DNA of 64,000 nucleotides, taken from the NCBI RefSeq assembly GCF_018350175.1, contig NC_058368.1, positions 120,034,001-120,098,000 of the forward strand. The letters run 5' to 3'. Made by a program: the position numbers and the translations under genes. Positions 35,750 through 49,626 of the stretch are shown one piece after another. The DNA is from Felis catus (taxonomy: Eukaryota). Numbering within the stretch: position 1 is the stretch's first letter; each line of letters begins with the position of its first letter. A model generated the notes under the pieces. It worked only from the letters and a program-made list of their open reading frames with translations. It did no database searches and was not told the origin of the DNA.

Positions 35750-36330
35750 TATTGACTGAGCTGTTGAGATGCTTAAAAGAGATTTCATTTATACTCCTAT
35801 CAGTAAACAAGATAATTTGAGCATGTGGTAAAAGCCATGAGGAGATAGGTTAGGACAACTTAATAGATATTGACTAGGATAAAGCAGAAGTAACTTGAGA
35901 GTGGATGCTGAAGGGAGGTCTCTCAGAGCAGGTAATAGTAGATCGGCAGGAGGTAGGCAGGCGGGTCATGTTCTGAATCCCGAGAAGATTCTACAGGAAA
36001 AGGGAGTAGTGAACATCAGGACCACTGGGTGGGAATGAGGTCAACATATCTTAGCAATCCAAAGAAAGCCAGTGTGTTGAAACTCGGTGAGTGGTGGTGA
36101 TGGAAGATTACTGGATGTCACCAGATAGAATTGTAGAGACAGATCAAGTAGTACTTTGCAGGGCATGGTAAGGATCTTGGGTTTTATTTTCAGTAGAAAA
36201 GAAAGCCTCTAGAGACTTTTAGTCAGGGAGCAACATGAAGTAATTTACATTGTAAAACTATCCCTTCTATTTCGGAGTAAAGTAACAGAAAACTGCAAAG
36301 TACAGGGATAATGGAGTGATCAGAAATCTC
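35750..36330 (-). mobile_element. L2 remnant
   Basis: gcagggcatggtaaggatcttgggttttatttt...agagacttttagtcaggggagcaacatga resembles antisense L2. Confidence 0.55.
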
Positions 36331-37276
36331 CTGGGGAAGATCAGACTTGAACTACACCTGGAAAATTTGGATTGAATTTAGAGGAGCTGGGGAAAATGGA
36401 GGGAGGCTGCATGGAGGAGCATACACAGGTAAAGAGGCAGGAAGGTATACACAATTTCCCTCCAGCATAAACAAAACCCAGTCAGTCATTGGGATCCTGA
36501 GTTCTAGGTTGGTTGATGGGATTAATGAGCACTGGCCAAGCAGGGGTCCAGAGGAGGGCAACAAGATACAGGGTCCAATCAAACCAAGTCAAGTTTCCAA
36601 CTGTGATATCCATCCAAAGGGCTAAGTGAAAAGATACATTTCAGGAGTAAGGGACCTGGGTAAAAAGATTCCAAAGGCTGGTGAGCTATAAAGTCCAAAA
36701 AGAGTGGCTGAGATGTGGTAACAGGTTCTAGCTTATCGGTGGTCATGGATGGAGAGGAAGGTATTAATAGTATGAAGACAAAGCAAAACTCTAATTGCTT
36801 GACTGGGCTACTGTTTGCACTTTTACATTGGCAGTTCCTTGTTTAGAGCTCTTAAAATCCAAATGAGCCTCTATATGGCAACTTCATGGCATTAGTCTGA
36901 ATTGTGCTTTTCTATCTGTGGTATTATTTAACTAGCATCTGGTTCCACAACAAGGCGATCAGCTCAGTAAAACTAAAGCCATTTCTAATTTTGCTCACTA
37001 AGCTATCCCTGCATGATGCCAAGCACATAATAGTTACTCAAACATTTGCTGAATGAACGGCTAATGCATCACCTTCTAAACATTTCATGAGTTTGTCTTG
37101 CTTCTTCCAAATCCAAACAGACTAGCACCCTTCTAGATTGTGAATGAGACAACGACACAGACTTTAATTTTTTTATACATCCAAAAAAACTTGATTGACA
37201 CCTACTATGCGTTACCCACTTTGAAAGATGTTCACTGATACACTGATAAGCATGACTTTCATGCCCCTATTCTTAA

Positions 37277-37485
37277 TTTTTTTTTACATTTATTTATTTT
37301 TTTTGAGAAACAGAGTGAGACGGGGGAAGGTCAGAGAGAGAAGGAGACACAGAATCCAAAGCAGGCTCCAGGCTCTGAGCAAACAGTCAGCACAGAGCCT
37401 GATGTGGGGCTCGAACCCACAAACTGTGAGATCATGACCTGAGCTGAAGTTGGATGCTCAACCGACTGAGCCACCCAGGTGCCCC
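37277..37485 (-). mobile_element. Can-SINE
   Basis: Flanked by repeated tgcccctattcttaa. Confidence 0.93.
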
Positions 37486-38487
37486 AACTTGCCCCTATTC
37501 TTAAGGAACTTAATGTTTAATGCAGGATGTTAAATAATTTTGCACAAGGTTATTTAATTATAGTTAACATATGTGCTAACGAGGAAAAATACAGATTTCT
37601 ATGAGTAGCATAAAAACCCATTTTCTACCTTCAAAACCAAAAAAAATTATAATCTTGGAGGAAGATTACTTGTAATTTGTATGGTACCTAGAACAGGCCC
37701 ATTCAAAGTGCTAAATGCTTGTCCGAGTAGAAAATCAAAGCTGACATATTGACAATACATGACATTACATGCTGACCATGGTAATCAGTCTATCACTCTA
37801 TTTGTTCTATCAAAATAGCACTGAAATCATGATGTCTTTATTCTTGTCCCACAGATAAGGTGATCAGGGAATTACTGAAGAGACTTTCCATGGGGTAGGA
37901 TAGTAGACATTTCTTTTCCATCTGTCTGTGCATACAGAGGTGTTGGCTCTTTCCCTGTCGGAAATCAGAATGATCAGTATAGAAGTGCTAGAATTAGATG
38001 TGGGCAGAGAATACCTTTAGTGATTAATAAAGGACTAGAGTCCCCTTAGAGATTTTAAATTGGGCCGGGTGGTCATCTACCTAAAAGCACTGAAGAAATT
38101 CAGGGGGAAAAAAAGAGAAAGTTTAGAAACTTAAGTACATAAAAGTAGGAAAATAGAAATACCATGGTGAGGATGCCAGGATTTGATGAATCCCAGTGGA
38201 AGATTATTTTGTTGCCTAGCTGACCCTGAAGCCACACTCCTTAGGGATTGTTGCTTGCATTCGCTGTACCTTCTTCCCTGGACTGCTTTGTTCCTGCCCC
38301 TTTCCCTATTTACCATATTTTTGCACTTGAGATCTAGCCCAAGAAACTTGCCTCAATGACCTCTTAAATGTTGGACCTTCTCATTTACTCTTTCATCGTC
38401 CTGTTATGTCCTCTTTAACATCACAATGTGCATTTACTTTATTTGCATAGTTTTAGGTTCATTTTTGTTTTGTATTAAAATATATAT

Positions 38488-38697
38488 AGACACCTGGGTG
38501 GCTCAGTCAGTTGAGCATCTGACTTCAGCCCATGTCCTGATCCTGCACTTCGTGGGTTGAAGCCCTGGGTCAGGCTCTGTGCTGACAGCTCAGGGCCTGG
38601 AGCCTGCTTCGGATTCTGTGTCTCCCTCTCTCTCTGCCTCTTCCCAGCTTACACTCTATCTCTCTGTCTCCTCAAAATAAATAAACATTAAAAAATT
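38488..38697 (+). mobile_element. Can-SINE
   Basis: Head, CT tract and aataaataaacatt tail. Confidence 0.93.
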
Positions 38698-38749
38698 TAT
38701 ATATATATATATATATATGTTATGTACGTATATGTGTATATATATATAA

Positions 38750-38911
38750 TCAGTGGGGGAGAGGGGCAGAGGGAGAGACTGAGGGGATGTCAGGCAGGCT
38801 CCATGCTCAGTGCAGAGCTTGACAAGGGGCTCAATCCCACAACTGGGGAATCATGACCTGAGCGGAAATCAAGAGTCAGAGGCTCAACTGACTGAGCCAC
38901 CCATGAGTCCC
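38750..38911 (-). mobile_element. Can-SINE, tail-to-tail with the previous copy across a (TA)n tract
   Basis: Antisense body and head (gagccacccatgagtccc). Confidence 0.88.
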
Positions 38912-39254
38912 AGTAATTTGTATCTTTAATTACATTTTTTTTAGGGAAAATCTCCCTAAAATGTAAGCTTCATGAGGTCATCTATCTATTCTGTGTTAAC
39001 TTCAAACTTAAAAAGTAATTGGGCATGTGAAAAGTGCTACATAAATATTTATGAAGGAGGAAATGAAAATTGTTTGGCTATGATGGGGACTATAAGGATT
39101 GCATTTTACATTGGTGAAAATCACTTGGATTTTCCAGGCTCACAGAGAAAGAAACTCATTAACTCTTTTCTTTATTTCTTCCCTTATTTAAGTACTTTTA
39201 GCAGGCAGTTTTTGTGTGTGTGTATACCTCAGAGTGTACTTATATTCCCCCCCG

Positions 39255-39480
39255 AGCTTTATTAAAGTACATATAAAAGTTGTATATATTTAAGGTGAAC
39301 AACATGATGTCTTGATATACATGGTGAAATGATTACCACAATCAAGCCAATTAACATATTCATCACCTCAACATACTTACAATTCTATGTGCATGATAAC
39401 AATTAAGATCAACCCTCTTAAGCAAATTTTAAGTATATAATACAGTATTACTAACTATATTCACCATGCTATACTTTAGC
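39255..39480 (-). mobile_element. Old L1M 3' end
   Basis: gctttatt...tatatttaaggtgaacaacatgatg...gattaccacaatcaagc. Confidence 0.75.
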
Positions 39481-39757
39481 CTTAAATCATCTCACACAAC
39501 TGGATTTTTACAATTTTTTCCCAGTTGAAATCCTCTGATGCTTAAACTGAAGCTTGAGGCCTAATTTTCTCCTCTAGTGATAAGAAGCTTCATGTATTTA
39601 TTCTATCCTCTCAGTTTGCTTCTCTTTAAGTAATTTCTTTCCCCATCCCTCTCCTGTGAGGAAGTAGAAAGAGTACTGACTGTGTGTCTGGGAAAAAAAA
39701 AAAGTTAATTTGCCATTGAGATTTTGGTCACAAAAACCTTCTAAGATGTGTCACTTA

Positions 39758-39987
39758 TTTTTTTTTTTATTTTTTTAATGTTTATTTATTTTTGAGACAG
39801 AGACAGAGCATGAATGAGTGAGGGTCAGAGAGAGAGGGAGACACAGAATCCGAAGCAGGCTCCAGGCTCTGAGCTGTCAGCACAGAGCCCGACGCGGGGC
39901 TCAGACTCACGGACCGGACCGTGAGATCATGACCTGAGCCAAGAGCCGAAATCGGACGCTTAACCTACTGAGCCACCCAGGCGCCCC
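39758..39987 (-). mobile_element. Can-SINE
   Basis: TSD agat(g/t)tgtcacttat. Confidence 0.95.
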
Positions 39988-42900
39988 AGATTTGTCACTT
40001 ATAAAATGAGCAAGTTGGAGTAGATGATAATGTAAAGTGCTTTCTAAGTCTAAGATGTTATGATTCATAGGAATTATTTTTAAATCTTTTAGTCCTGCTT
40101 CTAGCCAATCTTTCTAGAAGTCAGAATTGGACAACAGATGCTAAAGAAGGGCTTGGCTGAAGCTTGAGTTAAGTGAGAAGGTAATGTCAGTGTTAATTTA
40201 GGTTTTGATTTTGCTGACTGCTCTTACAGGGAGCCCCAAATACTCTAAATCACATGGGAACCTTAATTACTAAAATTTGCCCATCCCTATGGAGATGCTC
40301 TGGAAACTCAGACATAGTTTTCAGAATAAGCCATGATGTTGGCTGAAGGGAAAAGGCCAAGGGATGATTTTTTCATAAAAGGATAACCTGTGAAAAATGA
40401 ATAAATCCAGAAACTTCATGGTTTTTACCAGAATCCAACTTCTCCTGGAAACCTTTTTCTTTTTTAACAAAACATGTTTTGCCATTGATGTAGATGGCAG
40501 AGAGAAGCAGAAAGAACCATAATGAAGACAGAGTATTCAGTAGTTAAGAACTTATACACTGGACTTAGATGAGTGTTTGGGTCACTTAACTCATCTATAA
40601 CCTTGGACAAGTCACGTATCAGTTCCGAGTCTTAGGTTCCTTATCTGTAAGATGTCCATAGCGATGGTACTGGTATCCTGCTTCTGTGCTTATGTTTTAA
40701 ACGAGTTGATATATAAAAAGTGTTGATCACATTGCCTACTTCATTATCAATGCTCCATAAATATTAGCCATGACTCTATTACTGTAATCCTTATAAGACC
40801 AAACCAGTATTTGTGAGCAGCGTACGAAATCAGATGGAGAAAAGAGTCTCTCCCTAGTATTCGTGACCTCTTCTCACCTTTACACCTTTCATTGTTGTTG
40901 AAACTGCAAATACTTTGAAAAGAAGGTATACTTAGCAATGTAACAGTATATTAACGGCTTGCAACTTGTTATGAATTATTTTAAAATAGGGAAGAGAGAC
41001 AAATTTTCACTAATGGAATTCCCTGACCTAATCTATCTCCTAAAACTGTCTCCTTTACTTCCGGCATTAAAATGTATTCATTCATTGTATTCAACTCACG
41101 CTGAATAAAATACAGACTTCATATTTCTACCAGGGCCACTGGAGAATATAATAAAAATACAAGGTCCCGTGTTACCCTCAAAGAGCCTACAGTACAATCG
41201 TTAAGAGCACAGGCTTCAAATTATACAGACCTAGTTTAAAATTCTGGCTTCCTTGACTCCTAGCTACATGAACATGGGGAAATTATTAATTCTAAGCTTC
41301 ATTTCTTATGTATAAAATGTAACACCTTCCTTATATGTTCTTATGAATGTAATTCATGTAATGAATATAAGGTAATTCTTATAAAACACAGCGCAATCAC
41401 TAACATATAATAAGCACCTAACAAATGGCAATTATTGCTAAAATATGCTATGGTGTACAATTTAAAAACACCTCATTTTGATCATCCCATACTGCGAATT
41501 ATTGGCATTTCTACTCCCTTATTAATTGAGTTAATTTAGGTTTATAGGCAAATCACTAACAGCAACAAACTTTAAATGTCAGTCATTTAATACAACAAAA
41601 TATAATTTCTTGTTGAACCAAAGTCTCTGTGATTCCAAGTGAGGCCTCAGGCCAGCTGTCCTTTACATGGTCAGTTGCAAGTTGCATTGCTTTTTAAAAT
41701 CCCCACCAACTCAATGCAAGAAGACATTTCCACGGATCCTGTGTGTAAAATGGGTACCAGGGCGTTCTAGTATTGTCTTTTATAATCTCCTTCTTTCTAG
41801 TAGACTCATAAGCCTACGTATTAAAAACCTCATGAAACAGGAAAATGCTGGGTCATAAAGAGACAAAGAGAAAATAAAATGGAAGAGGAGGACATTTGTA
41901 GGGATGTTTTCTCTTTTGTGTTAGTGTCAATTCATTGTTTTGTAATTGTCCAGATGGCTTGGCTAAGAAAGTTAATCTTGATTAGCAGGAAAAGCACCTT
42001 CGTCATTTACCATTGTCTTCTCTAGGCTCAGAATGTGGAAGCAGTGACACATACACCACACTTTTGTCATCCCTGACTTAAGTATGCATCTTGAGTCCCT
42101 TGTCAGGGGGTTACTATTTTGAACTATGTTTACTAAAAAATGTAAATGTGATTCCATTGCTTTTTCATATTTATACTCCCCACCTATTTTTCCCTATTAA
42201 ATTTTAAAACATTACAGATGTAACATTATTTTACTAGTAAATATTTCAGGACACATAAAGATAATGATTCCTTAACATTATCTAATTTCCAGTTCATGTT
42301 AAGTGATTCTAATTGTCTCATAAATGTTCTCTTAAAGTTTTTAAAATCAAACTACAAACCAGGACAATTTGTAACATTTCCTTGTTGGATGTCCTTAGTC
42401 TGTTTTATCTGATTGGTTCTCATTCCTTCTTTATGCCATTGATTCCTTGGAGAAATAGGATCACTTGTCCTGCAGAATGTTGCATATTATGTATTTACTT
42501 GATCCCTCATGGCTTGGCTTATCTTCTTTTTCCTTCTTCCTATAAGTTGGTAGGTGGATAGAGAGGCTGGATTATTTTTAGTGTCTATTCATTGTGGTGT
42601 GTGTCTATTATTTTTGCTTCAGTTTTATATATTCAGGTATTTTTTTGTAAGTTATTTTGAATAATGGTGGTGTGGACTTTATTAGATTAATATTTCTGCT
42701 ATTAACAATTATAAATGTATAATGTCAAACAAGATATAAATAAGAGTTATGTGAAAACAAATCAGAGTGATGCTCTACGGGCAGAAATTTGAGTAACTGT
42801 TTGAAAAAAGGGACATATAATAGTTGGACTCCAATTCAAATGGTTTTTCCCTAGTTGCAAAAATGGCTGAAAATTGAAAGGAATCCAGTAAAAAAAAGTC

Positions 42901-43686
42901 ATGGAGGATGGAAGCTGCAAAATCAGCATATATGTTGTCTTCAAAAATTTTGATAGTTTCCTAAATTGGACATGAATGGGATGAAACTTCAAGAAATTAC
43001 AAAAACTACAGGGGTGAAACAAATGAAAATTGAGCAGTTTGCTGGTGCTGGAAAGGGTTTGGGGTGCAGTCATCCCCGAGTTTTAACAGAAGAGTAAACA
43101 CCTTGGCCTTTTGAGTAAAATGCCAAAGGTTCATGTTTTAGGACTAAGAACTACATGGCAAAACTAAGGGCTGTGCTCTAGGACTAAGGAAAAATCCAAA
43201 ACAGACCTTCGCTAATAAAGCTTAATACCAAGATGCTAGAGGATATAGGTGATCTATCATTAATTTAATTTTCCCCTGGAATAAAATTCCACATGACTCA
43301 AATGAACACAGATAATCCAGAGTACATACAATGCATCATCTATAGTGTCCAGCACACGAACACACAATTACTAGACAGAATAAAAGTCAACAATGGACTG
43401 TAGAGAAATAAACAATAGAAACAAATTCACAGATTGCCTAATAATTTCATCATCTGGGGTAAGACTTCAAAATAACAAAATATATAACAAAATACCTATG
43501 AAAGTAAAGTATGGGAATATTAAAGGAGACAGGGAATTTTTAAGAGAAGCAAGCAGAAATCCTAGAACTAAAAAAAATAAAGCCTGAAATTAAAAATGCA
43601 ATGACCAGGTTTAAGTGCAGATTATGAAATTCAGAAGAAAGGATCAGTGAATTTGTAGAGCATAGAAATTACTAAAGCATAAAAGA

Positions 43687-43890
43687 GGGGTGCTTGGGTG
43701 GCTCAGTTGGTTAAGCATCTGACTTCAGCTCAGGTCATGATCTCACAGTTCATGAGTTCAAGCCCGCGTCGGGCTCTGTGCTGACAGCTCAGAGCCTGGA
43801 GCCTGGTTTGGATTCTGAGTCTCCCTCTCTCTCTGCCCCTCCCCGCTCACACCTTGTCTCTCTCAAAAATAAAAACATTAAAAAATTTTT
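43687..43890 (+). mobile_element. Can-SINE
   Basis: Degenerate TSD taaagca(t/c)aaa. Confidence 0.93.
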
Positions 43891-44056
43891 ATAAAGCACA
43901 AAGAAAAAAAAACATTGGAGAAAAAAAAACCCCAAAAACCAAAATGATCCTGGAACAATGTTAAGTGATTGAACATGTATGCAATTGGACTGGGAAAAGA
44001 AAAGGGAGAATGGAACAGAAAAAAAAAAAAACCCAAAAATTGAGAAGAGACCAGCT

Positions 44057-44287
44057 ATTTATTTATTTATTTTGTTAATGCTTATTTATTTTTGAGAGAG
44101 AGACAGACAGACAGACAGAGCGCAAGCAGGGGAGGGGCAGAGAGAGAAGGAGAGAAAGAATCCGAAGCAGGCTCTAGGCTCTGAGCTGTCAGCACAGAGC
44201 CTGACATGGAGCTCGAACTCATGAACTGTGAGATCATGACTTGAGCTGAAGGCAGGCACTTAACTGACAGAGCCACCCAGGCACCCG
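44057..44287 (-). mobile_element. Can-SINE
   Basis: (ATTT)n tail, body and head. Confidence 0.93.
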
Positions 44288-44596
44288 GAAGATACTAACT
44301 ATTTAAAAAAATAATTAAAAATAAAAATTGCAATGCATAGATCCAAAAAGCCAATAAAAGAAAAAGGCAGAATAAACCCAAAGAGAACCAAGCATAAACA
44401 GCTGACAACAAAATATAGAACATATTTTAACAACAGTCAAATAAAAAGTTTACATTTATGCAAGAATTTTGGTAAGAATTATAGCTGACATCATAAGAAG
44501 CAAGAGAGACCCGAAGACAATGGGAGGCCATCTGTAAAGTACTGAGTAAAATGAAGCAACAAGAAGGAAAACATCATGTAAAATATCCAGAATATA

Positions 44597-45076
44597 TTGT
44601 TGACCCTCGAACAAAGTGGGGGTGGGGGACACTGACTTCTTGCCTAGTAGAAAATCTGTATATGACTTTGACTTCTAATGGTCTACTGTTCTTTTATCAA
44701 CAACATAACAATCAACATACTTTATATGTTATATGTATATGTATTGTATTCTTATAATAATGTAAGCTAGAGAAAGGGTTATTAAAAACATATGGAAGCA
44801 AAAATACATTTACAGTATGGTGCTGTATTGATTGAAAAAATCTGCATATAAATTTTGCAACTTCTTATGTTATTAATTAATTAATTAGTTTATTTATTTT
44901 GAAAGAGGGAGAGGGAGAGAGAGAGAAAGAGATAGAGAGAAAGAGCTTGTGCAAGTTGGGAAGAGGCAGGGAGAAAGGGAGAGAGCCACGATCAAGAGTC
45001 GGATGCTGAACTGACTGAGCCACCCCGGCACCTATAAATTGGGCAATATAAACTTCTGTTGTTCAAGGGTCAAATG
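44597..45076. mobile_element. Tigger2/MER8-like DNA transposon
   Basis: TIRs ttgaccctcgaacaa (44600-44614) and ttgttcaagggtcaa (45059-45073) are complementary at 14 of 15 nt. Confidence 0.8.
44865..45032 (-). mobile_element. Internally deleted Can-SINE inside the Tigger element
   Basis: Tail and GA tract joined directly to the head; TSD tataaatt(tt/gg)gcaa at 44847-44860 and 45033-45046. Confidence 0.85.
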
Positions 45077-47839
45077 TGTGTTCTAGTATTTCCAGAGATG
45101 TGGGATAAGAATTGTGTTTAAATCTTTAGTATTTTTTAGAATGCTATTAATTTTGGAAGATTGAGCTAGGATGCCATAAAATTAAATTAATGGCAATGAA
45201 TTTCCAATTCTTTATAGTGGTATTTATGCAACTAATTATTTAAGGGGAATTGAGATGGGCTAGTACATAAGCAGTTTTATTGAATACCTACTATATACCA
45301 CACTAAACTAGGCCCTGAGGATAAAGCAGTGGGTGATGCAAACATGTTCCCTGGTCTCATAAAGCCACAGCCCATAGTCTCTGAAAGGACATCCTATTGA
45401 GGAAACTCTAGAAGAGCATTTGAGAGAACTTTATCCATTTTTTTTTTTTTACAAAAAAGAGGTCTTTCAACAGAGATCTCCTAGAGATAGAAGGAAATCC
45501 TTGTTATCACTATAAGAAAAATGATAATATCAGATGTGTCTTATTGGGACTTAATCTAATAACCATTTTCAGAACACATCATGACGTGATGAATTTGGTA
45601 GTTGAATTTTTGTAGAAAGAGCACGGTGGTAAATGATTGGGAATAGAAAAATTCTAGAGCAAATACCTCTTGGAAAACAGCTGAAAAAGAACACTGTTCA
45701 CAACACAGTAATCTCCTGGGATGACAGATGGGCACTTGGTTTCCTGGGATATTCAGAGATTATCTGAAAAAATATGGTGGGGATCCCATCATCATTCTAC
45801 TGCAAATAGACTGAATTCCCTGTTCTTCTATGTGATTCCAATTTCTATCCTAAATATGAACTAATTAGTTTAGCTTTTTAAAATATATGTATACTTGTCC
45901 CGTGCCCTGGATTGTTTTTAAAAAGGTATGGGCTTTTAAATTTGATTCCTAGTGATTTTTACAATGGAAGAGAATGAATTTAGAGGGAAGCTGTGATCAA
46001 TGACTGATAGGAATCAGAATCTGACTTTGCTTGTAATAATTTTACTCGATGTGTGTGTTTGTGTATCACACACTAAAAATAAAGTGATGCACACTGTTTA
46101 GAGAAGATAACTTCTAAATGTAGCCGAGAAAAATTTGTAAATGCTTATATAAGCTGCATTTATGTGAGAAAATTATATTTAAAAATAGAGACTTATAGTC
46201 AAATGCACCATCTAACACTTTAAATTAGCGGAGGCAAGCAAAATGTGCCACAAAATTTCAGTGGACAAACATGATGAAGTTTCTCCCTTATGCAAAGTGA
46301 ACTGAGGATCAGGATGATGCTCTAGGACACGTGTTCTCTGAAAGATGACTTTGAAATTCAGAACTCTTAAGTTCTGAATTAATATCAATATATATTCCTT
46401 TATGTATGGAAAAAAGGAGAAGAGAGTGTCTTTTGCACTGAAATGAAATGTTTTGGCCCAGAAGGAGCACTTATCGGTTGTGCTCACAAAGCATTAGCAA
46501 GACTTGGTCAGAACTAGTCATGTGACTCTTTCTGCTAGGGTATCAATAAATGTTAGGCTAGAAAGAGAAGAATCGTATATAGGTGATTCCTAGAAGTCTG
46601 AACCATGCTGATCCGTTTTCTCCTAGTAGAATGTAAATTCCATGAACTCAGGCGTGTTAACCACTTGAGTTCACAAGTGCTGTATCCTCAGAGACTTGAA
46701 TATTTCTTGGCTTGTAATGGATGCCCAGTTTGTAGAATTAATGTAGAAAAAAATCACCTGGAGGTTATTTCCTCTTGAGGGGTGGAGGCTTTTGGTATGG
46801 CAGGCAGTTGGACTTAATTGGAGTGTGCTTTAGTAAGTAAGCCGTATAATAATAATACTGAAGAATAAGGAAGCTGGTTTGGCTAGATCACAGGCTCTGA
46901 TTAATCATTCTGACAACCTCTAATCGTGGTTACTTTCAGGTACAACTGACATGTTAACCAGGTGAAAGAGACTTAAATAGTATTTGATATTTCATTATAT
47001 AATTAAAAAAAATAGACTGAACGATGATCCTGGGTTGTTCTACTCACTCAATAATCATCAGAGACCCAGGGTGCCCCTGTCTTTCTATTCCATTATCCTC
47101 AGTGTGCTGGCAAGGATCAAATAATAGTGATCATCACATCCTTATCTAACAATGTGAAAGTAAGAATAAGTTTTCCAGAAAGTTGTCCTCCTGTATCTCT
47201 CTTTATCAGAATAGAAATTACTTTTCAGAACTTCCTCCTGAAAGGTTTTGTTCTGCATCTCAAGGGCTATGTCTACGTCACAAACCATCATCACCCAGCT
47301 ATGAGGGAGAGAATTGGGCTGGAGGTAAAAATTTGGAATCATCACAGAGATGACATTTAAAGTTGTGAGACTAGATGAGATCACCAATGAACTAGATGTT
47401 GACAGAAAATGAAAATCATCAGGATTCTTCATTATTAAGAACTTAGGGCAATTGGTAACTTTAGGCAAGCTGTTTAACCTTTCCTACCTTCCATTCCTTC
47501 AATTCCAAAATTAGGATAAAAGTTAGATTGCTAGATAATTAGCCAGAACTCCTAAAGTTACCTAGGCTTGTCTTTTTAATGTAACATCAAGGTTATAAGG
47601 GTTAAAAGAAGTAATGCATGTGCTACATGTTCTAAGTACTTCACGTATGTTAATTCCTTTTACCGAAGTATTTTATCGGCTTAAATGGGAGTTGCCAAGG
47701 ATAATTATTTTGTCCTGCTTACTACCTTCAATGGCTTCCTGACGCACTTGGAGTGAAGTCTACCTTCTTGTCATAACCATGGAACTTAGTGGTGTCCCAC
47801 TGTCTGTAAAATTTCCCTCCATTCCACTTTTCCTCCGGT

Positions 47840-48617
47840 CTTGGAATGACGGAGATGGTTTCACATTCCTCTCTGGTTGACTAAACTTTAAATAGCTGTC
47901 TTCCTGACTCTAGAGCCTGCCCTCTCTTTTTCTAGAGCATCTTCTTTAGGGAACTTGTGAATTCTTTCTCTGAATTTTCGAGATGTAAGTCTTCTAAAAT
48001 GTCTCTTGTTAGTTTTAAAACTGGTCGGTCTTTCTCAGGGAACTTGGAGCCATCCCTTCGAAATGTAATAGGAAGATATCATTCCTATTTCCCAGTTTCT
48101 GTGGGAGGGTAGGAGCCTAACCTCTGGAAGCACTTTGTCAAAGTTCCAAAACCCCCTCCTCTCATGAAAATAGGAGAAAGTTGATTGTTATTGTGGATAA
48201 GGTCAATTAGCAAACACAGATGCCCTACCACTACCTCACCCTCGCTTTTAAAAATTCTCCTGCCCTTGGGGCGCCTGGGTGGCGCAGTCGGTTAAGCGTC
48301 CGACTTCAGCCAGGTCACGATCTCGCGGTCCGTGAGTTCGAGCCCCGCATCAGGCTCTGGGCTGATGGCTCGGAGCCTGGAGCCTGTTTCCGATTCTGTG
48401 TCTCCCTCTCTCTCTGCCCCTCCCCCGTTCATGCTCTGTCTCTCTCTGTCCCAAAAATAAATAAACATTGAAAAAAAAATTAAAAAAAAAAATTCTCCTG
48501 CCCTTTATGTGGAGTTGAGTTTAGACCACCTTGTGGTCTCTCTTCTCTATTGCAGTGGACTTGGATCATGTCTTTCTTACCTGTTTAACTCAGTCCAGTG
48601 CAGTTTTTGCTTTGACA
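47840..48617 (+). mobile_element. ERV1 solo LTR (MER34-like), split by a SINE
   Basis: gactaaacttta...cttcctgactctag, ggagccatcccttcgaaatgtaat and tctgtgggagggtaggagcctaac; ends ttgaca. Confidence 0.75.
48268..48487 (+). mobile_element. Young felid Can-SINE
   Basis: Near-consensus; perfect TSD aaaaattctcctgccctt at a TTTT/AAAA site. Confidence 0.98.
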
Positions 48618-48764
48618 CTACCCTTCTGCCTTTTTGGCATTTCTGATCCTGGAACACACACAGCTTTTTCTCACTGCAAGGTGTTCACACATTCTGTCCC
48701 CTTTACCAGGAATTACCTAACAGGTTGCCCATGGGCATCTCCTATTCATGAAGATGGCAGCTCA

Positions 48765-48957
48765 GGGGCACCTGGGTGGCTCAGCCAGTTGAGCCTCTGA
48801 CTCTTGATTTTCGCTCAGGTCAAGATCTCATGGTTTTGTGGGTTTGAGCCCTGCATCAGGTTCTGGCCTGCTTGCGATTTTACCTCTCTCTCTGCCCCTA
48901 CCCCACTCACACTCTCTCTGTCTCTCTCAAAATAAATGAACATACTTAAGAAAATTA
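48765..48957 (+). mobile_element. Can-SINE
   Basis: Degenerate TSD aagatggcagctcag/aaaatgtcagctcag. Confidence 0.92.
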
Positions 48958-49209
48958 AAATGTCAGCTCAGATATCTCCCTGTTAGAGGCCTTACACACT
49001 TTCTTTGCGGACGTGAGGGAAGTTTATGAAGGGCTAAGCTTCGGTACGCTGACCTAGGTTTTGACTTGGCAGTTAGTGACCACAACAATTTCTCCCAGTT
49101 TAGATACATGAATTGTATTACCAAGTGGCTGATACACGATCCAGTGACTCCCAGATTGAAGTTTTCTTGCTGGGACACTTGAGTCCAACTATTAAAAAGC
49201 AGTGTGTAC

Positions 49210-49370
49210 AGGGGCACCTGGGTGGCTAAGTTGGTTAAGCATTTGACTCTTGATCTCAGCTCAGGCCTTGATATACAGTTTTGATCTCAGGGTTGTGAGT
49301 TCAAGCCCTGCATTGGGCTCCACACTGGCTGTGAAAACAAAAACAAAAACAAAAACAAAAGCAAAAACAA
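49210..49370 (+). mobile_element. Short Can-SINE subtype with (AAAAAC)n tail
   Basis: Head without CT tract; flanked by repeated agtgtgtacag. Confidence 0.88.
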
Positions 49371-49626
49371 AAATAGTGTGTACAGTCATCTGCATAGGTC
49401 TGTTCTTTGGTGCAACAGAACGGTGGGTGACTGATTTTTGGCTCTGGGCACTGGTTATTTCCAGTCACATGTAGTGGAGACAGCAAGCAATTCCAGGTCC
49501 CCCACACTGTTTATCTGGAACAGCTAAATAATTAATCAAAGTTAGAACTGCTTCACAGTTTTTGTCATTATTTTACTTATAACAAATATGTTTATATGTA
49601 GGGAGCTTAAGAAAATGCCCCAAATA

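Larger units (their letters stand above)
43100..44590 (+). mobile_element. Old L1M 5' region / ORF1 remnant
   Basis: A-rich gaaatcctagaact...gaagaaaggatcagtgaa and agacaatgggaggccatctgtaaagtactg resemble decayed ORF1. Confidence 0.6.
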
